From the IMG/VR virus record IMGVR_UViG_3300017987_000047: a stretch of 64,000 nucleotides of DNA. One strand, 5' to 3'. Source of the stretch: a virus. Lineage: Duplodnaviria; Heunggongvirae; Uroviricota; Caudoviricetes. Below, one piece after another: positions 28,205 to 37,430 of the stretch. Position numbers and translations under genes: made by a program. The first letter of the stretch is position 1; the number at the start of each line of letters is the position of its first letter. Under the pieces are notes generated by a model. That model saw nothing but the letters and a program-made list of their open reading frames with translations. It was not told where the DNA came from and searched no databases.

Positions 28205-28294
28205 CAGATCGGGTGGGATTCGAACCCACGAAGGTCATTAAAACGCCTTACTGGTCCTCCAAACCAGCGCCATAGTCCACTCGGCCACCGATCT
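28205..28294 (-). tRNA. tRNA-Ser(GGA)
   Basis: CTGGT-TT GGA GG-ACCAG; long variable arm. Confidence 0.9.
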
Positions 28295-28316
28295 GTTATA
28301 GTTAAATTTAGTTAAA

Positions 28317-28390
28317 GGGAACTTTTGTGTGTTCGTTAGCTACTAATTCGGAAACTATTAAAGTAGTAAAAGTAACGACACACGACATTC
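28317..28390 (-). ncRNA. Candidate Y-RNA (YrlA)-like structured RNA
   Basis: GTGTGTCGTTA...TAACGAACACAC stem, GTTACTT motif, 3' GTTCCC. Confidence 0.4.
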
Positions 28391-28537
28391 GAGGTGCTAG
28401 AGTAATAAACCCCGCGTGAGTTGGGTGTGTATGAGCGATTTGAGATATCTGCTCGTGCCGTTACCATTACAAGCTCCAAATTTAGTTAGGATGCCAAACT
28501 TACATTTATTACTGAATAGATTAACGGATTATTACAA

Positions 28538-29014
28538 TTATTTTTCTTTTTCTTTTGTTTGCTCTAAAATGCTGTTGAAACTGCAGTCCCTAAATACGAT
28601 ACTCCCATTCTTAAAAAGGGTATTAAATTGGCATTCTATACCCTCGGAGGCAAAGATAGGGCGTCTCTGGGAAGGGCCTCCTAGGTTAAGGTAACAACTA
28701 CTGATTTCGGCAATGTTAAAATAAAGGAAGCGTGCTTCTCCAAAAAGACTTAGGTCTTCAATCCAGGTAGTGCCAAGGAAAAAAAGAGGCTTATCAATAT
28801 AAATAGGAGTTTTCTCCTTTTTTCCTCTGAAATGGGCATCGTCTAAAAAGACCGTTGTCTTTTCAAACCGCTTCCTATGTGGGGATAGCAAAAAAGGCTC
28901 TGCCACGACTTCAACTTTTTTTGAACTTCCCAAAGCTCCTTTTGCAACCTTTCGGATATAGGGATCGTCGTGGGTGGTTAGGGTTACTAATTTTCTAAAA
29001 AGCGGTTTTTTCAT
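28538..29014 (-). CDS. Hypothetical protein with N-terminal tag
   Basis: TLTTHDDPYIRKVAK. Confidence 0.65.
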   Translation of the reverse strand: MKKPLFRKLVTLTTHDDPYIRKVAKGALGSSKKVEVVAEPFLLSPHRKRFEKTTVFLDDAHFRGKKEKTPIYIDKPLFFLGTTWIEDLSLFGEARFLYFNIAEISSCYLNLGGPSQRRPIFASEGIECQFNTLFKNGSIVFRDCSFNSILEQTKEKEK

Positions 29015-29645
29015 TATGGTGAAATTTTTTATAGTAGGCTTCCACTTGTCCGTTCATTTTAGAATGTGCGAAGATTTTACCATGAACGAATAAGTCGTTG
29101 GGAAGACTTTCAATCTCCGTATAAACTATATACAACGCACCCCTAACTCTAAGGGTTTTTGGCAGCTGCTTTATTCTTGTACGGGAAATACAAAGGCTTC
29201 CAGCTATTTCCAAATCATCTGCAAGCTCTTCTAGCCTGGAACCTTCAAGGTTTAGGCTCCCTCCTAGCTTCCTAAGTTTCGGAAACTTTTTTATTGGGGT
29301 ATATTCTAAATTAAGATTGCCCCCAATATAAATTGAATCGTGAATTTTTGATATGTTCGAAAAGCGCGCAAGAAGATGGAACCCTACCGACAGGTACGGG
29401 GGCAACTCCGTAATCTCTAAAACATCAAGTCTTAGCGATTGCTTTACCACTAAAGTTTCGGGTAACTTTTTTATTGGGTTGTTGCGAAGATCAAGACTTC
29501 CTTCAACACATAAACCGTTAGGCAGTTTAGAAACGCCAGTCCCAGAAAGATTCAAAGAATCCTTAATATAAAGTCCCTCTCCAGCAAGCCATCGCTTTGC
29601 TAGGTTTCGAATCTTTGGGTCTTTATGAGTTGCTAAAGTATGCAT
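28995..29645 (-). CDS. Leucine-rich repeat protein with N-terminal tag
   Basis: Repeated GSLDLxxxxIxxLP units; TLATHKDPKIRNLAKR. Confidence 0.8.
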   Translation of the reverse strand: MHTLATHKDPKIRNLAKRWLAGEGLYIKDSLNLSGTGVSKLPNGLCVEGSLDLRNNPIKKLPETLVVKQSLRLDVLEITELPPYLSVGFHLLARFSNISKIHDSIYIGGNLNLEYTPIKKFPKLRKLGGSLNLEGSRLEELADDLEIAGSLCISRTRIKQLPKTLRVRGALYIVYTEIESLPNDLFVHGKIFAHSKMNGQVEAYYKKFHHNEKTAF

Positions 29646-29686
29646 TTCCCTTTTAATACGTTTTTTTAATGCTTCCTTCTCTATTA

Positions 29687-29719
29687 AATATATTATGAGG
29701 TCCTGTAGAAAAACGTAAG
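29687..29719 (-). promoter_or_regulatory. CG-N21-TATATT promoter heading the leftward arm
   Basis: Exact match to recurrent intergenic motif. Confidence 0.65.
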
Positions 29720-29789
29720 ATTTTTTAGGAAAACTTGGGGTATAATTTCATATATATAAACTAGTTTTTCCAAGAGAAAGGGTTTAATA

Positions 29790-30896
29790 ATGGGCGTTCC
29801 TTTTATCGATCTTAAGAGACAACATAAAATTATAGAGGCGGAACTCTCCGAAAAATTTAAGGAGATCCTGGATAATACTGCTTTTATTCGGGGTTTTGGG
29901 GTGAAAAGGTTTGAAGAGGCTTTCGCGAAGTACCTTGGCGTTAACCACTGTGTTGGTTGTGGAAATGGGACAGACGCATTATACTTGGCACTCCGCGCAT
30001 TTGATATTGGGGAGGGGGACGAGGTTATAACACAAGCAAATACTTTCTTCGCCACTCCCGAAGCTATTAGCTTGACAGGCGCTACCCCGGTATTTGTTGA
30101 CTGTGATCAATACGGCTTAATGGATGTTTCTCAACTGGAATCCCGGATAACAGAAAAGACAAAGGTCATTCTTCCCGTACACCTTTTTGGGCAGATATGT
30201 GATATGCCTCAAGTTATGGAGCTTGCGGAGAAACATAACCTTATTGTTATTGAGGATGCTGCGCAGGCACATGGAGCAACTCAAAATGGTAAAAGGGCTG
30301 GATCTTTCGGGCATGCTGCGTGCTTCTCTTTCTACCCAAGTAAAAATTTAGGAGCTTGTGGGGATGCTGGCGCAGTTGTGACAAACGACCCCAAGATTGC
30401 GGAAGCGGTTATGAGTATTGGGGATCATGGTTCTTTTAAGAAATTTTCTCATCTCAAGGTTGGGGTAAATTCCCGTATGGATGGCTTCCAGGGTGCGGCT
30501 TTAGAGATCAAATTAAAGTATCTCGATACTTGGAATGCTTCCCGAGCAAAAGCAGCGGAGAGATATAATGAAAAGCTAGCAGAGGTAGAACAAGTAACTA
30601 TTCCGGAAATTGTTGATTCAAATACGTCTGTTTGGCATCTTTATATAATCCAGGTAGAGAATCCAAATGACCTCCATAATTACTTAAAACAAAAAGAGAT
30701 TTTCACAGGTTTCCATTATCCTACCCCTTGCCATTTACAGCCCGCCTTAAAGGATTTGGAGTATAGAGAAGGGGATTTTCCAGAGGCAGAAAAGAGAGCA
30801 CAAAAACAGTTATCCCTCCCAATGTTTGACCATATGAATGATTCAGAAGTAGATGAAGTAGTAGCGGCTATCAAGTCCTACTTTAGGGAGGTTTAG
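29790..30896 (+). CDS. DegT/DnrJ/EryC1/StrS aminotransferase
   Basis: GNGTDAL, EDAAQAHG, SFYPSKNLGACGDAG. Confidence 0.95.
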   Translation: MGVPFIDLKRQHKIIEAELSEKFKEILDNTAFIRGFGVKRFEEAFAKYLGVNHCVGCGNGTDALYLALRAFDIGEGDEVITQANTFFATPEAISLTGATPVFVDCDQYGLMDVSQLESRITEKTKVILPVHLFGQICDMPQVMELAEKHNLIVIEDAAQAHGATQNGKRAGSFGHAACFSFYPSKNLGACGDAGAVVTNDPKIAEAVMSIGDHGSFKKFSHLKVGVNSRMDGFQGAALEIKLKYLDTWNASRAKAAERYNEKLAEVEQVTIPEIVDSNTSVWHLYIIQVENPNDLHNYLKQKEIFTGFHYPTPCHLQPALKDLEYREGDFPEAEKRAQKQLSLPMFDHMNDSEVDEVVAAIKSYFREV

Positions 30897-30900
30897 CCCC

Positions 30901-31506
30901 ATGAATTCAGATGTTTTTATTCACCCCACTGCCTTAGTTTCTGAATTGGCGAAAATTGGTAAAGGGACTAGGATATGGGCTTTCGCAAATATTCAGGACG
31001 GCGTTGAGATTGGCGAAAATTGTAATATTTGTGACGGGGTCTTTATTGAGAAAGGTGTCTCCATTGGAAATGGTTGCACTATAAAGAATGGGGTTTATCT
31101 TTGGGCGGATATGAAACTTGGGGATAACGTCTTTGTAGGCCCAAACGTAACTTTCACAAACGATGAAATGCCTCGATCGCACCCGGATTACATAACTCTC
31201 CCTAATGATTGGCAACCTAATATTATAGGGGATGGGGCTACCATCGGCGCAGGAGCTGTTCTTTTGCCTGGGGTAAGTGTTGCGGAGTGGGCTTTTGTTG
31301 CTGCTGGGGCTGTTGTTACAAGTAATGTCCCTCCTTATACGTTAGTTAAGGGAGTTCCTGCGAAGGAAGATAGGTTAATCTGCCGGTGTGGCTCATATCT
31401 TATAAAAAAGGAACCTTATAATATAACTCTTCAATATGAATGTTGCAGTTGTGACTTAAAAATCGACCTCACTCGGGTTCCTCCGGAAGTCGAACAAGCC
31501 TACTAG
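30901..31506 (+). CDS. Hexapeptide-repeat sugar N-acetyltransferase (WbpD/FdtC-like)
   Basis: IHPTA, IGENCNI, VFVGPNVTFTND, GVPA. Confidence 0.9.
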   Translation: MNSDVFIHPTALVSELAKIGKGTRIWAFANIQDGVEIGENCNICDGVFIEKGVSIGNGCTIKNGVYLWADMKLGDNVFVGPNVTFTNDEMPRSHPDYITLPNDWQPNIIGDGATIGAGAVLLPGVSVAEWAFVAAGAVVTSNVPPYTLVKGVPAKEDRLICRCGSYLIKKEPYNITLQYECCSCDLKIDLTRVPPEVEQAY

Positions 31507-31526
31507 TTTTTAGATACCTTAAAATT

Positions 31527-31559
31527 CTTACGTTTTTCTTTGGGGTCTCCCAATATATA
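31527..31559 (+). promoter_or_regulatory. CG-N21-TATATA promoter
   Basis: Recurrent motif. Confidence 0.6.
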
Positions 31560-31608
31560 ACGGGTATTGGTACTTTTTCTACTTATTCCCAGGAAAAAGA
31601 GTGCCCAA

Positions 31609-32085
31609 ATGGATATCAGCAGTGGTTCAGGTTATCCTAGCTCTTCCTTAAGTAATTTCGCACCCCATCCTTTTGTTTTAGATGGGGTGGAGTGTAAATC
31701 AATGGAGGGCTTCTTACAATCACTTAAATTTGATAAACCACATATTCAGGTCGAAGTTTGTAAGCTTGTTGGCAAAGCTGCTAAATTCCGGGGCGGGAAA
31801 CGAAATAAAGCTTGGAAAAGTTCACAAACCCTTTGGTGGCAAGGGGTCGAATACCCTCGGAATTCGGATGAATATCAAGAGCTGCTGGACCGTGCGTACA
31901 ACGCTTTAGCTGAGAATCCTAGTTTCCAACGAGCGTTATTAGCATCAAAAAATGCAGTGTTCACTCACAGCATCGGCAAGTCTAAGAAAAGTGAAACAGT
32001 ATTAACAACCTCGGAATTTTGCTCAAGGCTAGCTAATTTGCGAGAGAGGCTTTCAAAAAAAACTAGACGAACATCTAAAAAGTAA
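31609..32085 (+). CDS. NADAR family protein (T4 gp30.3-like)
   Basis: LSNFAPHPF.LDG...SMEGFLQSLK; LWWQG. Confidence 0.85.
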   Translation: MDISSGSGYPSSSLSNFAPHPFVLDGVECKSMEGFLQSLKFDKPHIQVEVCKLVGKAAKFRGGKRNKAWKSSQTLWWQGVEYPRNSDEYQELLDRAYNALAENPSFQRALLASKNAVFTHSIGKSKKSETVLTTSEFCSRLANLRERLSKKTRRTSKK

Positions 32086-32320
32086 TACCTCTTAGGGGGT
32101 CATCCTTTGAATCCCTACCTTATATTATATATATTATAAGCGTCATTAAAAACATAATAATTTCGAAAGCTTTTGGAGATATTGATCTCGCCCTTGAATT
32201 TTCTAGAGAGAAAAACCCTTCTTTATTCAATTCGCCTTATCGATGGTATCCTTTTTTAACTAATACCTTTCCAGGGATTCGGATCTTAGCCAGAAAACTA
32301 ATCGGGAATTAATTAAAATT

Positions 32321-32353
32321 CCTACGTTTTTCAATTTAATTCCGCTATATTTT
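32321..32353 (+). promoter_or_regulatory. CG-N21-TATTTT promoter
   Basis: Recurrent motif. Confidence 0.55.
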
Positions 32354-32387
32354 TTAAGGTAGCAGTTTTAATTTGCCGGAGAGATTA

Positions 32388-33443
32388 ATGAGTTCTATAA
32401 ATTTAGAAAAAAAAGAAAGACTTCCTCTTCCTCCTTCAAACTATATCCAAAAAATTAAGCGGCTAAAAGCAGGGAAAAAAGTTAATATAAAGCTCCTCTT
32501 AAAACGTCATACTTTATCTAGCGATCAAATACTCGGGTTTCTTGAAATCCAGCAGCAAGCTTTTATTGAGGAATTTGCTGCCTATGCTAAAACGGATTCT
32601 TACGATGGAAGGGTAGCTCTAAAGTTTTATCTTGCAGGGACACTCCAGGACTTAAGTCCCTACAATACCTGGGAATACATTTTCAAAAACTTCCAACTAT
32701 TGCCCACGCACCATAAGTTAGAGCAACTTCAGAAAATGCTAGCAGCGGCTAAGGCACATATTAAGAACAAGTATAGTTATACAGCAGACAAAGCTAAGGC
32801 CCGTCTTACTGTTATTACCTATTGGTATCCTGATTTACTTAATCAGGGGATGATAGAAGAATACCTAGAGCTGGGGCTAGCGATTGGGAATCCTCTAAAT
32901 TATAGTGGCGAAACCTTAAAATCTTATATAAAGAACCTCAAAAACTTCCGAGTAAGTTATGATATATCTGAAGAGACCCTCAAAAGCTTTGCGGAGTCCC
33001 TAGCCAACCAAGGAACGGACTTTATTGAAGGCTGTTTAGAAGAGGGCGCAATTCCTTCCGATATTCTAAAATTCCGAAGGACATTATCCCCAAAAGAAAT
33101 ATCATTATTATTAAAAAGCACCTGGTGGGAGGAGAGGCGAACGTTTGAGGGAACAGTTTGCAATTCAATGTACTATTCCCCTCTAGATAGGCTGTTGGAG
33201 CAACCCTTAGAAAAAGAACAGTTTAACGAAATTTTATGTTCCTACATAATGGAAAAGAAGGAGGAATCAAGAATACAGTTAAGTGCGCATTCAACTGTTC
33301 AAGTGCTTTACCACCTTGATCGGACAAATTTAACCAAGCTTTTAACTCATAAAGATCCGAGCTTGCGTAAAGCCGCTAAGTTTTTCTACGAGAAATGTCC
33401 TGAAAAAGAGGACCTCGCAAAACTCTTGGAAGGGGGTTCGTAA
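32388..33443 (+). CDS. Hypothetical helical protein with C-terminal tag
   Basis: GGAG RBS; KLLTHKDPSLRKAAK. Confidence 0.7.
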   Translation: MSSINLEKKERLPLPPSNYIQKIKRLKAGKKVNIKLLLKRHTLSSDQILGFLEIQQQAFIEEFAAYAKTDSYDGRVALKFYLAGTLQDLSPYNTWEYIFKNFQLLPTHHKLEQLQKMLAAAKAHIKNKYSYTADKAKARLTVITYWYPDLLNQGMIEEYLELGLAIGNPLNYSGETLKSYIKNLKNFRVSYDISEETLKSFAESLANQGTDFIEGCLEEGAIPSDILKFRRTLSPKEISLLLKSTWWEERRTFEGTVCNSMYYSPLDRLLEQPLEKEQFNEILCSYIMEKKEESRIQLSAHSTVQVLYHLDRTNLTKLLTHKDPSLRKAAKFFYEKCPEKEDLAKLLEGGS

Positions 33444-33488
33444 TATCGGGGAACAGTTCGGAAAAACTCTTACTGGTTTTTAATTTTT

Positions 33489-33520
33489 ATTCGTTTTTCT
33501 AGGGTATTCCTTATTATAAT
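33489..33520 (+). promoter_or_regulatory. CG-N21-TATAAT promoter
   Basis: Recurrent motif. Confidence 0.6.
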
Positions 33521-33566
33521 GGGAAGCCCACACTTGGTTGGTTCCGTTACAAAAGGAGAATGTAAC

Positions 33567-34265
33567 ATGGCACGTAAGAAGAGCAAGAAGGCTGCAAGCA
33601 AAAAGGCATCGCGGAAGAACGCAACGGCAGTCGAGGTTGAAGAAAAAACGGAGGAAGTGGACGAGGACCAAGAAGTCCTAGAGGCCATCAAGAAGGCCGA
33701 GGAGGCTGTGGAGAAGTCCGAAGCTCGGAAGGTTGAAGACCTTGATGAGGTCGAGGAGACTGAAGCAGAGGTCGAGGAGGCTGAAGCAGAGGTCGAGGAG
33801 GCTGAAGCAGAGGTCGAGGAGGCTGAAGCAGAGGTCGAGACTGAGCCAGAGGAGGAGCTTGAGCCAGAGGAGGAGCTTGAAGCAATCAGCGAAATCGAGG
33901 AGGAAATTGACGGTGTCGCTTCCGATAAGGAAACTGACGAGGACACCATCGGGATCACCGAGATGAGCCAGCTTCTCCAGCGGAGTGAGATGCGTTGCAA
34001 GAAGTTCTGCCGGGATGAGCTTTCCAAGAACGATGGCGCGAAGAAGGAAGGCGGGAGTTGGAAGATTAGCCGCAAAGCGGTTGAGGAACTGAGCACGCAA
34101 ATCGAGCGTTATACGCTTACCCTCGAGGATGTCGCCAAGCGGCTGGAGCTCAGCGAGAAGGAAGTCCAGGAGCTAATTGACGCTGGAACGCTCAAGGCCG
34201 AAACGAAGGAAGATAAGACGCTTATCAGCAAGAAGAGCGTGTCTTTCTTCCAGAAGGGCAGCTAA
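33567..34265 (+). CDS. Protein with basic N-tail, acidic repeats and C-terminal excisionase-like HTH
   Basis: AAAGGAG RBS; KKAASKKASRK; (VEEAEAE)4; LTLEDVAKRLELSEKEVQELIDAGTLKA. Confidence 0.8.
   Translation: MARKKSKKAASKKASRKNATAVEVEEKTEEVDEDQEVLEAIKKAEEAVEKSEARKVEDLDEVEETEAEVEEAEAEVEEAEAEVEEAEAEVETEPEEELEPEEELEAISEIEEEIDGVASDKETDEDTIGITEMSQLLQRSEMRCKKFCRDELSKNDGAKKEGGSWKISRKAVEELSTQIERYTLTLEDVAKRLELSEKEVQELIDAGTLKAETKEDKTLISKKSVSFFQKGS
33750..33878 (+). repeat. Coding tandem repeats: 21 bp x4 and 18 bp x2
   Basis: GTCGAGGAGGCTGAAGCAGAG; GAGCCAGAGGAGGAGCTT. Confidence 0.95.
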
Positions 34266-34439
34266 ATCCTTCCATCCGCAAAATAGAATCAGCATCTTTT
34301 GGTTTAAGGATTTAGCGTCTATGGGAACCCGTAAAACTAATATGAGTATCCAATCTCTGAAACGCAAGCTAGAAAAAACAAAAAAGGGTTCAAAAACTAA
34401 GAACCAAAAAAAGAGATAGCAGGCGTTTAGAGTGGGAGG

Positions 34440-34473
34440 AAAAGGGGGCACAAATTGTGCCCCCTTTTTCTTT
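34440..34473 (+). terminator. Intrinsic terminator
   Basis: AAAGGGGGCACA-AAT-TGTGCCCCCTTT plus T-run. Confidence 0.85.
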
Positions 34474-34496
34474 CGTTTGGTTTTTTCTTGGTTTTC

Positions 34497-34528
34497 CCTC
34501 GTTAAACTTTTAGCTTTCCTCCTATAAT
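34497..34528 (+). promoter_or_regulatory. CG-N21-TATAAT promoter
   Basis: Recurrent motif just after terminator. Confidence 0.6.
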
Positions 34529-34595
34529 TATACCAGGTAGTTAATCCCTGGGCAGAAGCTCCGCGCAACTCTAACAGCCCTTAAAGGAAAAAGAA

Positions 34596-34916
34596 ATGGC
34601 TAAAGCCTGGGAAGAGGTTGAGTTTGAGGAAGTATCGGCAAGACTAACTTCTAATAGCCGTGATTCCCGGAATATCGCAAAAGCCGTAATTACGTTTATA
34701 CGAAACAAGAGCGAGGAGAAGCCAGTTATCCAAACTAAGGGAGGGAATATTCATGTGAAAACATACTCCACTTCCCTTTTAATTGTTCGGCCAGAATCAG
34801 GGGATCTCGTTACTCTAATTATCGCGAAAGCCAATAAACCTCTAGGGGAGGTTCATAACGTAATTCCGTCTTCCCTTTCCCTAAAAGTTTCCGAGATTTT
34901 AAAACAATGGGTATAG
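34596..34916 (+). CDS. Hypothetical protein
   Basis: AAGGA RBS. Confidence 0.65.
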   Translation: MAKAWEEVEFEEVSARLTSNSRDSRNIAKAVITFIRNKSEEKPVIQTKGGNIHVKTYSTSLLIVRPESGDLVTLIIAKANKPLGEVHNVIPSSLSLKVSEILKQWV

Positions 34917-35143
34917 TTATTTTTATTATCTTTCCCATTTTTGTAGCTTACTTTGCTATAGGGTCAGGGATTCTTGCGCTTCTTATTACTCAACGATATA
35001 AAGTTTGGGAAGAAAAGAATTTCCAGATTCGAAGGAATCAGGAAATTTCGAAAAAAGAAAAAGAAAAACTTCTTAAGAAAAATACACACCCCTCTCAACT
35101 TCCGAAACCTGTGTGGTGGAAAATACTAAATCCTTTTGTATGA
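34907..35143 (+). CDS. Small membrane protein
   Basis: N-terminal hydrophobic helix. Confidence 0.6.
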   Translation: MGIVIFIIFPIFVAYFAIGSGILALLITQRYKVWEEKNFQIRRNQEISKKEKEKLLKKNTHPSQLPKPVWWKILNPFV

Positions 35144-36282
35144 AACCGATTAAAGTTAAATTAAATGTTCCTTCGGGAAAGATTGTTTTCGAAAACGATC
35201 TAAGAGATTATTTCCCGATTGCGGGGGACACAGACCCCGAGGATTTATTTTTAAATAACTATTTCCTTGCAAAACAATACGCAAACGCAGGAATGGTACA
35301 TTTCTACGTCGGAAATACCTCTCCTTGTGTGCGACAATACTCAAAGAAAAAGTTACAAGTTGCGCAGAAAAAAACTGGGAAAAGCCTCGGAGTTATTTAT
35401 ACCAATTTGTGGTGGTATTGCGCGGCAGACTATGATGAGCTTGCAAAACGGCTTGACGTTAAAAAATTTAAGGACAACCCCAGTTTTATTATTGCCGATG
35501 TAGAACCTGGCGTTTACGAGTTTTCATATTTAACAGAAACTTTTAATAAGATAAGGGACTATTCTGAAACGAATCTAATTTTTACTGAAATTAAATGGTT
35601 GAGCCCTCCTGGTCCCATCATCGATTTTCGTGCCGGGTATGAGCAACTTAATTTTACAGCTGGGCAAATCGCTTATAGAGAAATGACTGATTGGCCGGGG
35701 CTCTATAAACATCGGGGCGAAGCTGAAAAAGCAATACCAGAAATTTTTCATAGTGGTGGCAAAATAAACCATGTTGCCTTTGAGGAGGAATGCACAAGAA
35801 TTAGAAGGTTGCATGCTGATTTCCCAATAAAAGCTCTCACAAAAGACGAATTAAAGTTTTCTACGTGTTTCATAGCAAGAGGCGTTTTTCTAGGCGAAGA
35901 CATATCCTGGCATGAAAACGGATGGCCAATAACATGTGCCGAAATCTCTCTTCATGATCCGGATTTAGAGCTTCCCCAGTTAACACAAGCTTTTCATTGG
36001 GATTTACAAGAAGACACCCCTCTCTGGAACGCAGCAGGTCTGGGCAAAAAAGAGATAAACCTCAATCCTTCATTCCAGGCACTAGCTTTTAATGTTTGTT
36101 ATAGTGCTTTAGAGTATGGAGTTTTACAACCATCTAAGTTTGATAAAAGAATAGTTGGGGACAACGTAAAGGTTAGAGAAAGGTTTAACCGAGTTCTACT
36201 TGGATTATCCGAGAGATACCCGGATAGTATTCCATCCTTCTGCCGTGGATTAATCGAAAGGGAAAAGAAAAATGGATCTTAA
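35140..36282 (+). CDS. Hypothetical protein
   Basis: ATGA overlap; long ORF. Confidence 0.7.
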   Translation: MKPIKVKLNVPSGKIVFENDLRDYFPIAGDTDPEDLFLNNYFLAKQYANAGMVHFYVGNTSPCVRQYSKKKLQVAQKKTGKSLGVIYTNLWWYCAADYDELAKRLDVKKFKDNPSFIIADVEPGVYEFSYLTETFNKIRDYSETNLIFTEIKWLSPPGPIIDFRAGYEQLNFTAGQIAYREMTDWPGLYKHRGEAEKAIPEIFHSGGKINHVAFEEECTRIRRLHADFPIKALTKDELKFSTCFIARGVFLGEDISWHENGWPITCAEISLHDPDLELPQLTQAFHWDLQEDTPLWNAAGLGKKEINLNPSFQALAFNVCYSALEYGVLQPSKFDKRIVGDNVKVRERFNRVLLGLSERYPDSIPSFCRGLIEREKKNGS

Positions 36283-36856
36283 TCAATTCAAGCAAACATT
36301 TGGGGACCTTAAACTTACTTTAGCCCTGGGAGATTTTGACCCTGACCAGGGAAAAATCTCTTGGGAACAGGAACTTTCGGTTGAAGAAATCTTTCAAATA
36401 CTGGAAAGAGATACTTTCCTTGATTGGGCAGATATAAAAACTCTCACAGATGTTAAGGAACGGGTGGAAAATGATTTTTGTGATGTAGCTGTTTGTTTCA
36501 TTGGGACTCCTAAAGAAGCCCAGGCTCGCAAGGAAGAAAAAGAGAGGGATCGCTTACAAAATCTTGCGGCTGAGTTCTGTGCCCAGCACAATGTCAAAAT
36601 TAACTCTCCTGAGTTTTTTGAACGGCTTGAAGGGTCTTTAGGGGCAGAAGAGGATTATCGCCACGGCCTTAAAGAAGACGGTTTATGTGCTACGGCCTAT
36701 CCTTTCTCTTCTGCTGGATACGACCAATGGAATGAGATGAATGACATGTCTCGCGGCCGCGAGGCCTCTCTTCAAGAATTATGGGACCACATCGTTGAAA
36801 CTTATCCCTTAACGTTCCTTGCCTACCAAGAGCAGATTGCAAGAGAAAATGTCTAG
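36272..36856 (+). CDS. Hypothetical protein
   Basis: Overlapping operon ORF. Confidence 0.65.
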   Translation: MDLNQFKQTFGDLKLTLALGDFDPDQGKISWEQELSVEEIFQILERDTFLDWADIKTLTDVKERVENDFCDVAVCFIGTPKEAQARKEEKERDRLQNLAAEFCAQHNVKINSPEFFERLEGSLGAEEDYRHGLKEDGLCATAYPFSSAGYDQWNEMNDMSRGREASLQELWDHIVETYPLTFLAYQEQIARENV

Positions 36857-37430
36857 GACAAAAACAATCATCACGAATTTTAGGGAGTTAATAGAAAAAC
36901 GCCCTGACCTAAAAAAAGAACTTAAAACATTATCAAAAGAAGACCTTTTTAGTATAATAACTGAGCGAGAACATTTGTTTGTCGGATCACCTTCGACGAT
37001 CCTTTCGGGTTTAAGGAAAGAAAAAGGGATTTACATTGAAAAACTTAAACCTTTTTCACTTATAACGCCTTTTCAGGAATCCTGTTATTATTCTGGTATC
37101 TATTTCCTTGGTTCCTCTAGGTATGCTCTAATTCCAACCTCTTCTGGTGATTCTAGATTTCTTGATCTGAGCCTTAAGAAAGTAGAAAAATGTCCTGCGG
37201 GGGTTGAAGATTTAATTGAAGATTTAGAATGCTGCTTTAGGGCAACGGTTCGCGAAACCGAGGAGTTCCTAACTTCAGAGATTCCTCAGCTACAAGCGTT
37301 GGCAAAACTTGTTCAGGGTTACAAATTTTCGGTATACTGGGGTTTGATAAAATCGCGTGCGACCCTTGACACCTATGCGGCTTTTCAGGGAAAATTCAGC
37401 TATAAACTAAAACAAAGGACGCGAAAATGA
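36849..37430 (+). CDS. Hypothetical protein with tag
   Basis: EFLTSEIPQLQALAK. Confidence 0.65.
   Translation: MSRTKTIITNFRELIEKRPDLKKELKTLSKEDLFSIITEREHLFVGSPSTILSGLRKEKGIYIEKLKPFSLITPFQESCYYSGIYFLGSSRYALIPTSSGDSRFLDLSLKKVEKCPAGVEDLIEDLECCFRATVRETEEFLTSEIPQLQALAKLVQGYKFSVYWGLIKSRATLDTYAAFQGKFSYKLKQRTRK

Noticed and set aside
32086-32320. Replication origin at the AT-rich near-palindrome
   Set aside because: No iterons, DnaA boxes or initiator gene to support it.
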